A DNA stretch of 64,000 bases, taken from positions 10,416,001-10,480,000 of the forward strand of contig JBHGNT010000005.1 in assembly GCA_043228905.1 (NCBI GenBank). Reading direction: 5' to 3'. The notes beneath the pieces are model-generated. The model worked only from the letters and a program-made list of their open reading frames with translations, ran no database searches and was not told the origin of the DNA. This DNA is from Azolla caroliniana (lineage: Eukaryota > Plantae > Polypodiophyta). The translations under genes were made by a program, and so were the position numbers. Below are positions 53,601-64,000 of the stretch, piece after piece; within the stretch, counting starts at the first letter, position 1; every line of letters begins with the position of its first letter.

Positions 53601-55723
53601 GACTCGTCACACACAACGTCGCGGCTAACACGCGCTTGTTTGGTGCGAGGGTTATAGCACTTATAACCCTTCTGCTTGTCCGAGTAACCGACCAAGATGC
53701 ATTTCTCGGCCTTTGCGTCCAGCTTCCTCCTTTTCTTCTTCGGTACATGCACATACGCAATGCTACTGAACACCCTCAAGTGTCGTAAGTTCGGCTTCGT
53801 TCCGAAATACAGCTCGTGCGCCGACACTTTGTCTCCAATCCGGTTCTGGATGTATACCGCGGTCCTTACCGCCTCGGCCCAGTAGAACTTGGGCAAGCTC
53901 TTCTCCTCCAACATTGCCCGTGCCGCTTCCACAACTGACCGATTCTTCCTCTCGGCCACGCCGTTCTGCTCTGGCGTGTATCTACAATTGAATTCGCGCC
54001 GAATTCCCATTTGTTGTAGATAACCGTTGAATTGACCAGAAAAGTAGTCTTTCCCGCCATCCGACCGCAGGCACTTGATCTTTCATCCCGTTTCCGTTTC
54101 CACGAACCCTTTGAGGTCCCGGAAACAGTCGAAGACTTCGCTCTTCCTCTCAATGAGGTAGATCCACGTGTGCCGCGTGTGGTCGTCGATGAAGGAGACG
54201 AAATATCGGCTCCCGCCAAGACTAACGTTTCGTGCCGGCCCCCATACATCGGAGTGTATAAGGTCGAGCTTATTCCGGCTCCGGTTTTGCTCGTTGGGGA
54301 AAGGAAGTCAGTGTTGCTTCCCGAGCTGGCAGGCTTCACAAATTTGTGCCTTTCGGCCACTCAATTTGGGCAATCCGAACACTACCTGTTTCGATTGTAG
54401 ATCTTGAAGCCGCTGGTAGTTGACGTGGCCTATCCGCTTGTGCCACAAGTCGATGTCCGATTCGGTTTTTCTTCCCTTCGCGAACATTGCGGTGCCGCCA
54501 TCAGTGGAGTCGAGGATGAACATCCTCCCGTCTCTGCGCCCTTGCGCAATCACACGACCTTCTTCCTCAATGAAGCACCCGAGGTGTGTAAATCGAACCT
54601 CCATCCCTTGGTCGACGATCTGTCCGACCGAGACCAAGTTCTTCGTGATTGTCGGAACGTGCGACACATTCATGAGTTTCCCTTTCTGCCCGACATGGCT
54701 AAGGGGAACTTCTCCGACATTCGCGATCGGATGCGGAGTGTCGTCTCCAGTTGCGACTACTCCAGGTTGTATCGGTATTTCAAGGTACGAGAACCACTCC
54801 TTATGGCTCGTCATGTGGTTTGACGCGCCGGAGTCTACGTACCACACCTCGTCCGATCTCGGGGTGATCCATTTCATTGACTTTGCTTCGTGTCTCGTCA
54901 CGAAGGCAGACCCTTCTCTGGCTCTCCCGGAGTCTTCGGCGTAGTGTGATTGCTGCCGATTTGCCTTGTCGGTATGTCCGGAGCCGTTTTCGAAACCGGT
55001 TCTCTCCGAATCGGTGGGCTTCTTCCAGCACTCACTTTCCCTGTGGCCTTTCTTGCCACAGTACCAGCACTCCGCGATGGCCTTCCCTTGCCGGTTTTTA
55101 TCGCTTCGACTCCCCCTGTTTCCAGAGGGTCCGGAGTTGCTGTCGGCATCACTTCGGTGCCTTCTTCCTTGATCTCGTCGGCCGCCTCCATTGCGCGCCG
55201 ACTCGCCTCGTCCTCCACGTCCACGGGGCCTATCTCCCTCTGTGTACAACATTCTGCTATCGGTGTGCGTGCTTATAGACGCACTCGTGTGGTTCTCCTC
55301 TACCAGGAGCATTGACTGTAAGTCGAAAAAGGATGGCGTATTCTCTCGGGTACAGACAGCCGTCCGGATTGCTCCGAACTTCAACGCCAAACCTCCGAGA
55401 CAGATCTGGACCATCTCGCTCTCCTTGATGTTCACCTCTATGGAGGGGAGGGAGTCACAGATATCCTTGATCTTCGAGGTATAGTCCGCCACCGACAAGT
55501 TGCGTTGTCGTAGGTTGCTCAACTCCTCTCGGAGCTGAAGCTTCCTGGCTGTGGTGCTCACGGCGAAGATCTTCTTCCAATTTTCCCACGCACCCTTCGG
55601 CGTCTTTGCATCCCGAACATAGCTCAATAGCTGTTCGCCGACACACGACGCGAAGGAGTATAATACCCTGCTCGCCGATTGCTCCCACGACCGGAAGTCT
55701 TTGTGTGTCGATTCGGGTGCCGC
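50642..55723 (-). mobile_element. Copia retrotransposon (3' LTR through gag); gag interrupted at 55724
   Basis: 3' LTR 50642-51016; PPT 51017-51034; RNase H (RTKHIEVHYHFIRE); RT (LLYVDDL, YKARLVAKG); integrase (PEQNGVAERKNR); protease WYVDSGASNHM; CWYCGKKGHRESEC; a few stops and frameshifts. Confidence 0.92.
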
Positions 55724-56408
55724 TGTCGCGTTGTTACGCGCGTGCGTGGAGAAGGGCGGAACCACGGGGGTCTTGGACTAAGGAGAAGGGGAGAAGGAAT
55801 AGGACTTCGGAATGGAGCTTAGCACAAGAAGAGAAAGAATGAACAAGAGGAAGATGGAGGCCAAATGCTCAACAAGATATATTAGAACCGAAAACCGATT
55901 ACAAAATGGCGACCGCGTAGGCCGCACCAAACGACTATGATAAACCCGAAACCCTAATCCGACGAAGAAGAAAAGAAACCCTAAACCTAACGCTCGTCCT
56001 ATGTGGTATACCTTTCGCACTCAAAATAGGCAACCCCCACAATGGTGCTCTTCCTCTCCCTTTATAGCACAAGGAGGGAAGACCGTTACATAAAGGTGCT
56101 ACAAAATATCCCCTTTCAATCAATGGGGATATTTCCCTTGATTTTAGGGGAGGTGGGAAGGATGGGTCTTAACTCCCACCTCTACACGGACTACTATGTA
56201 CCTATCTCTCTCTCTCACGTGGATGTGCGCGCAAAAGCACATCACCTTTACACTTTACAAATCCTAAGGTGCATTTCTAGCACCACACTTATCACTATCG
56301 ACAAATAGAAATACAACATCTTGATGTGCAACGTTGCACATCGCGGGTTTGCTTACTTCGCTCGGTTTTCCGCCTATGGACGAAAATCTTCACGACATCC
56401 GCCCCCAC

Positions 56409-59400
56409 CTAACCGCACATCCACCGGTATGTGCCAAAAGGGGAACAAAACGCGAGATTTTCGGCCAAGGCGGCCAACCGAGCCCTTGACAACCTCGTGG
56501 GCTTGCCCGGCTTCGTCTTCCACTTCGAGCAAGTCCACCCCGTCCATACGAACCACCATCGCCTTCCGGCCCACCATCTCCGCCGAATGGTCTCGAACCG
56601 TCGGCTCCATCCGATCCGCCACACTTGACGACGTTCGCCGAGTCGTCGCCTCCACCCGATCCGCCACGTCCACCGTGTTTCCTCGAACCACCGTCTACAT
56701 CCGGACCGCCGTTTCCGATGCCCGCGCTTTCTTCCCCGATCGGTCCTCCCGAACGCCGTTGCCGACCCTTTGTCCGCCTCGCATATCCTCCGGATCCGCC
56801 TTTTTCGTGCCGCGCACCTCGTCGTGCCGACTCTTCTCGCTCCGCGCTTGCCTTCCGTAGGCTTTCCCCGTACGTCGGTGTCGTCCTCCGAATGCGTGCT
56901 CGTGCTTCGGTCCTTCGACGACCCCGTCACGCATTTTTCGCCTTCCCTTTGCTTGCCGTGCTCTCTCGCCGTAGAGCATACCATCGTTCCCGTGCTCGTT
57001 GCTTGGCCCTCATGCGGCCGCATTGCACGTTTCGCATTCCGCTCCTCTTCGCGTACCCTTTCGGAAAGGTACCTTTCTTCCCCGACCTCCGTTTCGCTCG
57101 GAGGAACACCCTCTTGGCCCTCTTGGCCCGCTCGACCGCACACATCCTTCGCGATGTCGTGTTCGTTCTTTTGGGCGCATACATCTTCGTTCTCCGCGAC
57201 CTCCCGTATGCCTCTCTCAGTGCCTTCATCCGTTGTGGCCTTCGTCCCCTCGCCGCCACCGTCCGCCACTCTTGGTCTCACGTCGGCACTCGCGCCGACC
57301 GCCGGAGTCTCTATAGCCGGTGTGGAGGATCCCTCTCGGGCCTTATCTTCGTGGCCGCCGGTCTTAGCCTCTCCGTAGGCCACCTCTTCCCACCAATCTT
57401 CCCTAGCATCGTGCCAGGTCTTGTCGTCGCCGCCTTCCTCCTCGTATTCGCCTCTCGAAGGCGTGATCCGACCGTCATCTTCGGTCGCTCGATGTGGCTC
57501 CTTCGTAGGCATGCTTGTGTCTTGGCCCTCCGTCGGCCGTATTGCATGCATCTCGTCTCGCTCTTCCGCCGTAGACCCGACCTCCGTGTCGGTCTTCTCC
57601 TCCTTTGTCGCCATAGCCCGTTCCGACACGGGCTCGCCGTCTTGGACCCACCCGTCCACCATCTTGTACCGGATATCCGTTCCGGTAACCTCGTACGCTC
57701 CGGCCTCCGACTCCTCGCCGCCACCCGCCGTCTCTCCGGTCTTATGTTGATCCGCAACCGCCGTAGTCTCTAGAGTGGGTATGGAGGGTCTCGTTTGTTT
57801 CCGTTTTTCCCCCGAACCATGGTCGTCATGCCCGGTTAGCCTCCATCTCGCGCTTACCGGCTCCCATCGTAACCGTAACCATAACCGTAACCGGCCAATC
57901 GGTCTCGCCGGCTTCCTTCGGTTTGGGCCCGGTTCGCCGGCCCTTACTCTCTTCTTCTTCCGTGCCGTATTCCGGTCGGGTCGGTTCCCGACTCTCTCCT
58001 CGTTTCCGCTCCGGTCCTCTCCGTCGGACCCACCGTATACGCCCATTCCGGGCCCCGCATACTCGTCTTCGTATGCGCTCTCTCCGGGCCTCACCTCCTC
58101 ACGGTCACCGCCCATCTCTCCGGTCTCACGTTGGCATTCGAGCACAACCGCCGAAGTCTCCGGCCCCGGTGTCAAGGGGTCTTGCCTCCGTCCGCTCCAA
58201 TCTTCCTTCTCGTTTCCGTTGCCCGCCTTGCCGCCGTCACCTCCCGTCGCACTAAGCCTCATGCCGGCACTCGGGCCGGCCATTGGAGCCTCTAGGATTG
58301 GTGTGGGTAAGGACCCGGCACCGCCGCTTGTTGTCTCCGTAGCCGCTTTCGTTCGGACGTCGTTGTCCGCGGCTCCCCCATCTCCGATTCCGTAAGCCTC
58401 TAGTATGCTTGCCACCACCTCTTCTTCGCCGTTCTCCGCGTCATTTTGTTTGCCCGCCTTGCCGCCGCCACTGCCCGTCGTTCTAGGTCTCGTGCCGGCA
58501 CTCGGGCCGACCGCCGAAGCCTCTAGGGCCGGTGTGTGGAAGGTCACGGCACCCCCGCTCGCCTCCTCTCCGCTCGATGTTTTGGGCCGCCGTGCCCCGA
58601 ATCTTCCGCCCACTTTCGAAGTGGCGCTCTCCGCTTTGTAGTCACCGGCCTCATCCTTGGCCGTCCATTCGCCGCAAGACGAGAGGGTTGCTCGCTCCGC
58701 ACCCTCTCCCATGTCGTCGTCGTTTCGGTTGCCCGCCTTGCCGCCGCCACCGTCCGTCACTCTAGGCCTCTCGCCGGCTCTCGGGCCGGGTGCCGGAGTC
58801 TCTAGGACCGGTGTGTGGAAGGTCGCGACACCACCACTCCTCTCGTCCGTAGCCACCTCCATTCGGACATCGTCGTCCGTGGCTACCCCGTCTTTGGTTT
58901 CGCAAGCATCGAGTATGCTTGCCGCCGCCTCTTCTTCGCCGGTCTCGTCCTCATCTCGGTTGTCCGCCTTGCCGCCGCCACCGTCCGTAGCTCTAGGTCT
59001 CGTGCCGGCACTCGGGCCGACCGCCGAAGCCTCTAGGGCCGGTGTGTGGAAGGTCGCGACACCGACGCTCGTCTCCTCCCGACTCGATGTTTCGGGCCAC
59101 CGTGTCCCGAAACCGTAGTTACCGGCCTCCATGGCCGTCGCTTCACCGCAAGGCAAGAGGGTCGCTTGCTCCGCACCCTCTCCCTTGTCACCGTCGTACG
59201 CTCTTCCGGCCTCGATTTTCGCCGTCACGATCTCGCACGCCTCCCATACCAACGCCTCGAAGTCGTACTCCTCCGGTTGGTCGTGCATCGAGCTCTCTTC
59301 CGGCGGTGGTGTGTAGCCGCCCACCGCCCTCTCTTCTCCGCCGCTCGCGGGTCGTGTTGTGGCCGACCACCTCTTATCATGTTGTCGGCACACCCGTTCT

Positions 59401-59978
59401 ACTTCGGGCCACTCCTCGGTGAGACCATGCGCCCCATAATCGTCTTGAAGCTCGAACATGATGTCCATCCTCTCCTCATGATGGACCGTCTTCAAAAATA
59501 GGAGGACTTTGTCCGCCCCCACCGATCTCCGTTCCCACTCCGAGAGTTGAGAGAAACGACGCTCGAACTCTCGGAATGCCTCCATTGCGTCCCGATGGCG
59601 CCTCGCCGACGCCACCCACCGATCGAACTCTCGCCGACCTCTTACCTCCGATTCCGCGCACCCGTATGCCTCCATTAGAGCCCCTTCAAAGGACTCCCAC
59701 GATTCGTGAGCTTCTTGGAGCTCCTTGACCTCCTCGTACTTTGATGCGGCCGCCGCTCGACGAAAGAACTCTAGCCTCGTCGCTTCGTCCACGCCCATCC
59801 CCGTCATTTCCGCATCGTAGGCTCTCAAAAATTTTGGGACCTCCTTCCCATCGAACCGGCCGACTAGACGGACCACCCTTTCGACCGCTTGTTGAGCCGC
59901 CTCTCACCTCGCCCTCTTCCGTCCGGCGTCCATCAAGATCTTTGTCATCATCTCCTCGAAGTCGAAGCCTTCTTCCAT
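56409..59978 (-). CDS. Gag capsid-like domain fused to a ~1000-aa G/E/A/T-rich repetitive tail (1155-aa open frame; original ATG 59978, single TGA at 59904-59906)
   Basis: ORF track 56409-59876. In-frame ATG 34 codons upstream, ~20 nt from the PBS; the intervening TGA is CGA in the 993-6393 homologue. RFDGKEVPKFLRAY and WESFEGAL resemble Ty3-type Gag. No PR/RT/RH/INT motifs. Confidence 0.75.
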
Positions 59979-59998
59979 CTCTTTCTCCCTTGCCGCCC

Positions 59999-60016
59999 TT
60001 CACGTCGGGTTCACCA
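59999..60016 (-). promoter_or_regulatory. Primer-binding site, tRNA-Trp
   Basis: ttcacgtcgggttcacca, identical to 5482-5499. Confidence 0.85.
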
Positions 60017-60364
60017 AAGATGTCGCGTTGTTACGCGCGTGCGTGGAGAAGGGCGGAACCACGGGGGTCTTGGACTAAGGAGAAGGGGAGAAGGAATAGG
60101 ACTTCGGAATGGAGCTTAGCACAAGAAGAGAAAGAATGAACAAGAGGAAGATGGAGGCCAAATGCTCAACAAGATATATTAGAACCGAAAACCGATTACA
60201 AAATGGCGGCCGCGTAGGCCGCACCAAACGACTATGATAAACCCGAAACCCTAATCCGACGAAGAAGAAAAGAAACCCTAAACCTAACGCTCGTCCTATG
60301 TGGTATACCTTTCGCACTCAAAATAGGCAACCCCCACAATGGTGCTCTTCCTCTCCCTTTATAG

Positions 60365-63300
60365 TGTCACGGATCATAAACTCAAGAGACAACCAAGAAG
60401 ATAACCAAATGGACAAGAAAGAATATAGTACTAAAGGAAAGACTCCATAACTGGTGTTGTTCACCTTGAATTCCTTCAAGGTGAACTCCTCTATTTATAC
60501 TACATGGCATGCATACTTGTTGCACGCATGTGAATCTACAATAGAGCATGTAGGTATGCATGCATGTGCCAAGTGTAAATACTACAAGGGAGCAACTATG
60601 CACATGATGCTAGCAAAATAATAAGGAACAATTACATACATAACTAGTACTAGATATCTTGGTTAACTCATAATAGTAGATTATAACATGGTCGTGTCAA
60701 GAGTTCGAATCTTGACATTATCCCCCCTCTTACGCCGCCTTCCCAAATCGGCCGCTGGTTTGTGGGGATATCGGTGATGAAAATCTTGGACGACCTCTGG
60801 GGCATTTTGTAAATTTGCCGATGGTTCCCATGTGGCCTCAGACATGGGGTAACCCCTCCATAGGACGAGGTATTGCAAGTGTCGACGGTGCCAACGCGAG
60901 TCAAGGATTTGGTCGACCTCGTATTCCTCCCCTGTCGTCAATTGCACAGGTGGTGGTGGTGGGGCTTGACGTCCTGGGAGTTGTGAAGCATAATGGGGTT
61001 CGAGGAGGGAGACATGAAAAACATCGTGAATCCGGAAGTGGGATGGAAGGGCGAGCCGGAAGGCGACGGGATTGATGCACTCGATGATACGGAATGGTCC
61101 CAACTTCTTGTAATCAAGTTTCGCACATGGACGAGTAGTAGAGATGTGTCGACGTAACAACCAGACCATGTCTCCAACGACAAAGTGTGGAGTGGAAGAT
61201 CGATGGCGATCAGCCTGCTTCTTGTATCGTTCATTAGCAAGACTAAGCTCCAAGGATAAATCATGATGTACTTCTTCCAAAATGCGGGCACGATCCTCCG
61301 CCGAAGGGTTCACGGAAGTGGTAGGAAGGGAAATGTTGAAGCGAGGATGTAAACCATAGTTGGCAAAGAAGGGAGTGACGCCAGTCGATGCATGGAGAGA
61401 ATTATTGTAGGCGAATTCCGCGAGCGAAAGTAAGTTGACCCAATCATCTTGTTGGTAACTAACCGAGCACCGAAGATACTGCTCAAGGATTTGGTTGACA
61501 CGCTCCGTTTGCCCGTCAGTTTGGGGGTGATAAGCGGAGGACAACTTGACAGAGATGCCTAAAGTTTGTAGCAGGCGCTGCCAGAAGTGAGAGACAAACT
61601 GGGGTCCGCGATCCGAGATGACATCATCGGGGAGTCCATGCAAGCGTACTACATTGTTGAGTAGGAGATGCACCATTCCTTCTCCGGAAATGGTTTTGGA
61701 GCATGGAGTGAAGTGAGCCATCTTCGTAAACCGATCGACAACGACCAACACCGAGTCATAACTATTGACCAAGGGTAGATCAGTTATCAGGTCCATAGAG
61801 ATAGAGGCCCAAGGACGACGAGGACATGGAAGCGGCTGTAGTAAGCCGTATGGCCGATGATGAATGGCTTTGGAGCGAGCACAAACCTCACAACTCTTTA
61901 TGTATTCTTTGACCAGCTTCCATGGTTGTGGCCACCAATACCCCCGAGAGATTAGCTCGAGGGTTTTCGCGACCCCGAAATGACCTGCAAGTGGGTCATC
62001 GTGGCATTCCCGCAACACCCGGGTGCGACATGGGCCCTCTGGGACGTATAAGAGATGATCTCGGAACAACAAACCCTCTTGTATGGTGAAGGTGTCAAGA
62101 TCCTTCCTTTTGGTCGCCTTGGAGGGGTTTTGCAGACTATCTCGAATCTCGTTGGCGAACGCATCGGTCTTGGATGCATCAGTGATTTGTTGGAGTAAAG
62201 AATCATCCTGCAACATACAAGTGGCAAACATATGCAATTGGTCGGGTTTCAACAAACGTCTAGATTGTTGAGCATAAGCAGCATCCCCAGGGCGGAGTGC
62301 AAGGTCAGCTCGGCGAGAAAGGGCATCAGCCTTCCCATGTTGGCCACCAGGTCGAAATACAATCTCAAAATCGTAGTCAGCGAGAAATGTAGACCAACGG
62401 GCCTGCCTTCGATTCAAAGTACGAGTGGTGGAAAAATAAACTAAATTTTTATGATCAGTCACTACCTGGACACGATGTTGTGCGCCGGCCAAGTAGGGTC
62501 GCCATTCTTCAAAGGCAGCAATGATAGCAGCAAGCTCCTTGTCGTAAATGGGATAATTGATTTCGGATGCCGTAAATTTTCGGGAATAGTAAGCCACTGG
62601 GTGCATTAGGTTGTTGTCGTCTGCTTGGGATAAGATGGCGCCAATGGCAAAGTCAGAGGCATCGGTTTCGACTTGGAAGGGTTTTGTGGGGTCGGCATGT
62701 AGCAGCACCGGGGCAGTGATGAATGCGTGTTTGAGTGAGTCGAACGCATTTTGTGCCTCCGAGGTCCATAAAAATGGAGTGCCCTTATGGGTGAGAGCGA
62801 TAAGAGGTTGTGCTAGGGTGGAAAACCCCTTGATGAAGCGACGGTAAAAATTTGCGAAGCCGAGGAAGGATTGCACATCTTTAAGTCGCCTTGGAGTCGC
62901 CCACGCCTGAATGACAGAGACCTTCTTCATATCCATGGTGATGCCAGTGGGCGAGATGATGTAGCCCAGAAATTCGATCGAGGTACGGTCGAACTCGCAT
63001 TTCTCGCCTTTGGCATAAAGGCCATGCTCGCGAAGTTTGGCCAGAACTAATCGGACTTGGCGAGTGTGCTCCTCCATGTTTGGCGAGAAAATGAGAATAT
63101 CATCGAGGTAAATGACAACAAAAAGATCAAGATATTCCCGGAAAATATCGTTCATCATATGTTGAAAAACTGCGGGAGCGTTAGTAAGACCAAAAGGCAT
63201 TACCTTGTATTCGAAATGCCCATACCGTGTTCGAAATGCGGTTTTCCATTCATCCCCCGGCTTGATGCGTACTAGATTGTACGCGCCACGCAGATCAACT

Positions 63301-64000
63301 TTGGAGAAGACACGCGCAACTCGGAGCCGATCAAGGAGTTCGGGGATCAGAGGTAGCGGATAGCGGTTGCGCACAGTGAGTTTGTTGAGACCTCGGTAGT
63401 CGACGCATAAGCGTAGAGAGCCGTCCTTCTTCTTCACAAATAAAATGGGGGCCCCGGCTGGTGACTTAGAAGGTTGAATAAAGCCTTTCGCGAGGTTCTC
63501 ATCAAGATACACACGAAGGGCCTTCAACTCTGGTGCAGACAACGCATATAGAGGACCAAAGGGTGGACACGCACCTTCTTGAAGATCAATCGGACAGTCG
63601 TAGAGCCGGTGTTCAGGCAACCGATCAGCATTACATTTTTCAAATACGTCGGAGAAGTGTTGGTATTTTTCGGGAATAACATGGAGTGTGTTAGAAATGG
63701 CGCCACAAACAAACCCATCCTGGACGGATGATGGGGTAGTCAATTCGGAGTCGACCGTCTCCGAAGGATAGGAAACTGAATTTACCTTCATACTTTTGCA
63801 CGAGCATCTTGGCTTGCTAAATGTGATCGAGCGGTTGCACCAATCTACTATTGGATTGTGCGCCTCCAACCACGTTAGTCCTAAGACGATCGGATGTCGA
63901 GGAGATGCGATGAGGTAAAAGGTGAGCTCCTCTTGGTGTGAGCCCACCCGAAGCCCTAATGGGATTGTAGCTTGAGTAATTGCACCTGACGAGAGGACGC
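60365..64000 (-). mobile_element. Tcn1-like chromovirus, apparently intact; runs off the window
   Basis: 3' LTR 60365-60717 (tgtcacgg...cttgaca), PPT ~60721-60731, uninterrupted pol. Confidence 0.92.
60681..63998 (-). CDS. pol: Pol polyprotein (protease C-terminal part, RT, RNase H, integrase, chromodomain); 5' end outside the window
   Basis: 1088-aa open frame that stays open to the window edge; [44 protein letters not shown]...YLVLWRGY...TWEP. Confidence 0.95.
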   Translation of the reverse strand, partial: VLSSGAITQATIPLGLRVGSHQEELTFYLIASPRHPIVLGLTWLEAHNPIVDWCNRSITFSKPRCSCKSMKVNSVSYPSETVDSELTTPSSVQDGFVCGAISNTLHVIPEKYQHFSDVFEKCNADRLPEHRLYDCPIDLQEGACPPFGPLYALSAPELKALRVYLDENLAKGFIQPSKSPAGAPILFVKKKDGSLRLCVDYRGLNKLTVRNRYPLPLIPELLDRLRVARVFSKVDLRGAYNLVRIKPGDEWKTAFRTRYGHFEYKVMPFGLTNAPAVFQHMMNDIFREYLDLFVVIYLDDILIFSPNMEEHTRQVRLVLAKLREHGLYAKGEKCEFDRTSIEFLGYIISPTGITMDMKKVSVIQAWATPRRLKDVQSFLGFANFYRRFIKGFSTLAQPLIALTHKGTPFLWTSEAQNAFDSLKHAFITAPVLLHADPTKPFQVETDASDFAIGAILSQADDNNLMHPVAYYSRKFTASEINYPIYDKELAAIIAAFEEWRPYLAGAQHRVQVVTDHKNLVYFSTTRTLNRRQARWSTFLADYDFEIVFRPGGQHGKADALSRRADLALRPGDAAYAQQSRRLLKPDQLHMFATCMLQDDSLLQQITDASKTDAFANEIRDSLQNPSKATKRKDLDTFTIQEGLLFRDHLLYVPEGPCRTRVLRECHDDPLAGHFGVAKTLELISRGYWWPQPWKLVKEYIKSCEVCARSKAIHHRPYGLLQPLPCPRRPWASISMDLITDLPLVNSYDSVLVVVDRFTKMAHFTPCSKTISGEGMVHLLLNNVVRLHGLPDDVISDRGPQFVSHFWQRLLQTLGISVKLSSAYHPQTDGQTERVNQILEQYLRCSVSYQQDDWVNLLSLAEFAYNNSLHASTGVTPFFANYGLHPRFNISLPTTSVNPSAEDRARILEEVHHDLSLELSLANERYKKQADRHRSSTPHFVVGDMVWLLRRHISTTRPCAKLDYKKLGPFRIIECINPVAFRLALPSHFRIHDVFHVSLLEPHYASQLPGRQAPPPPPVQLTTGEEYEVDQILDSRWHRRHLQYLVLWRGYPMSEATWEPSANLQNAPEVVQDFHHRYPHKPAADLGRRRKRGDNVKIRTLDTTML

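Larger units (their letters stand above)
55724..60364 (-). mobile_element. Young non-autonomous tRNA-Trp-primed LTR element (Gag plus disordered tail); 5' LTR interrupted at 60365
   Basis: 3' LTR 55724-56397; PPT 56398-56415; PBS 59999-60016; partial 5' LTR 60021-60364 differs from the 3' LTR at only one position by my reading. Confidence 0.92.

Noticed and set aside
56625-59501. Long plus-strand ORFs (382, 206, 202 aa and others) antisense to the Gag-tail ORF
   Set aside because: Ser/Pro/Arg-rich shadow frames expected opposite a GC-rich coding strand, with no recognisable motifs.

Overview
Eukaryotic, transposon-dense plant DNA. A non-seed land plant such as a fern or lycophyte is inferred from the Tcn1-like self-priming chromoviruses, tRNA-Trp-primed Gypsy-type elements and an RTEX-like LINE. 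There is one intact host gene: a 4-exon, 332-aa minus-strand TSC10/KDSR-like short-chain dehydrogenase (10218-11930). A decayed tandem paralogue lies at about 39130-39740 and shares about 2 kb of upstream sequence. Almost everything else is nested retroelements: Copia elements, a tRNA-iMet chromovirus split by several insertions and by a 1.4-kb inversion, Tcn1-like chromoviruses (one with an intact pol), a LINE and solo LTRs. The most unusual feature is a pair of diverged pol-less LTR elements (993-6393 and 55724->60364) primed by tRNA-Trp. In the younger copy the whole PBS-to-PPT interval is one ~1190-codon frame, broken only by one early stop. It encodes a Gag capsid-like head fused to a ~1000-aa low-complexity tail, and both copies carry a repeated TPxLE motif and an FFAT-like WHDARE motif. 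All calls were made by eye; no database searches were run.
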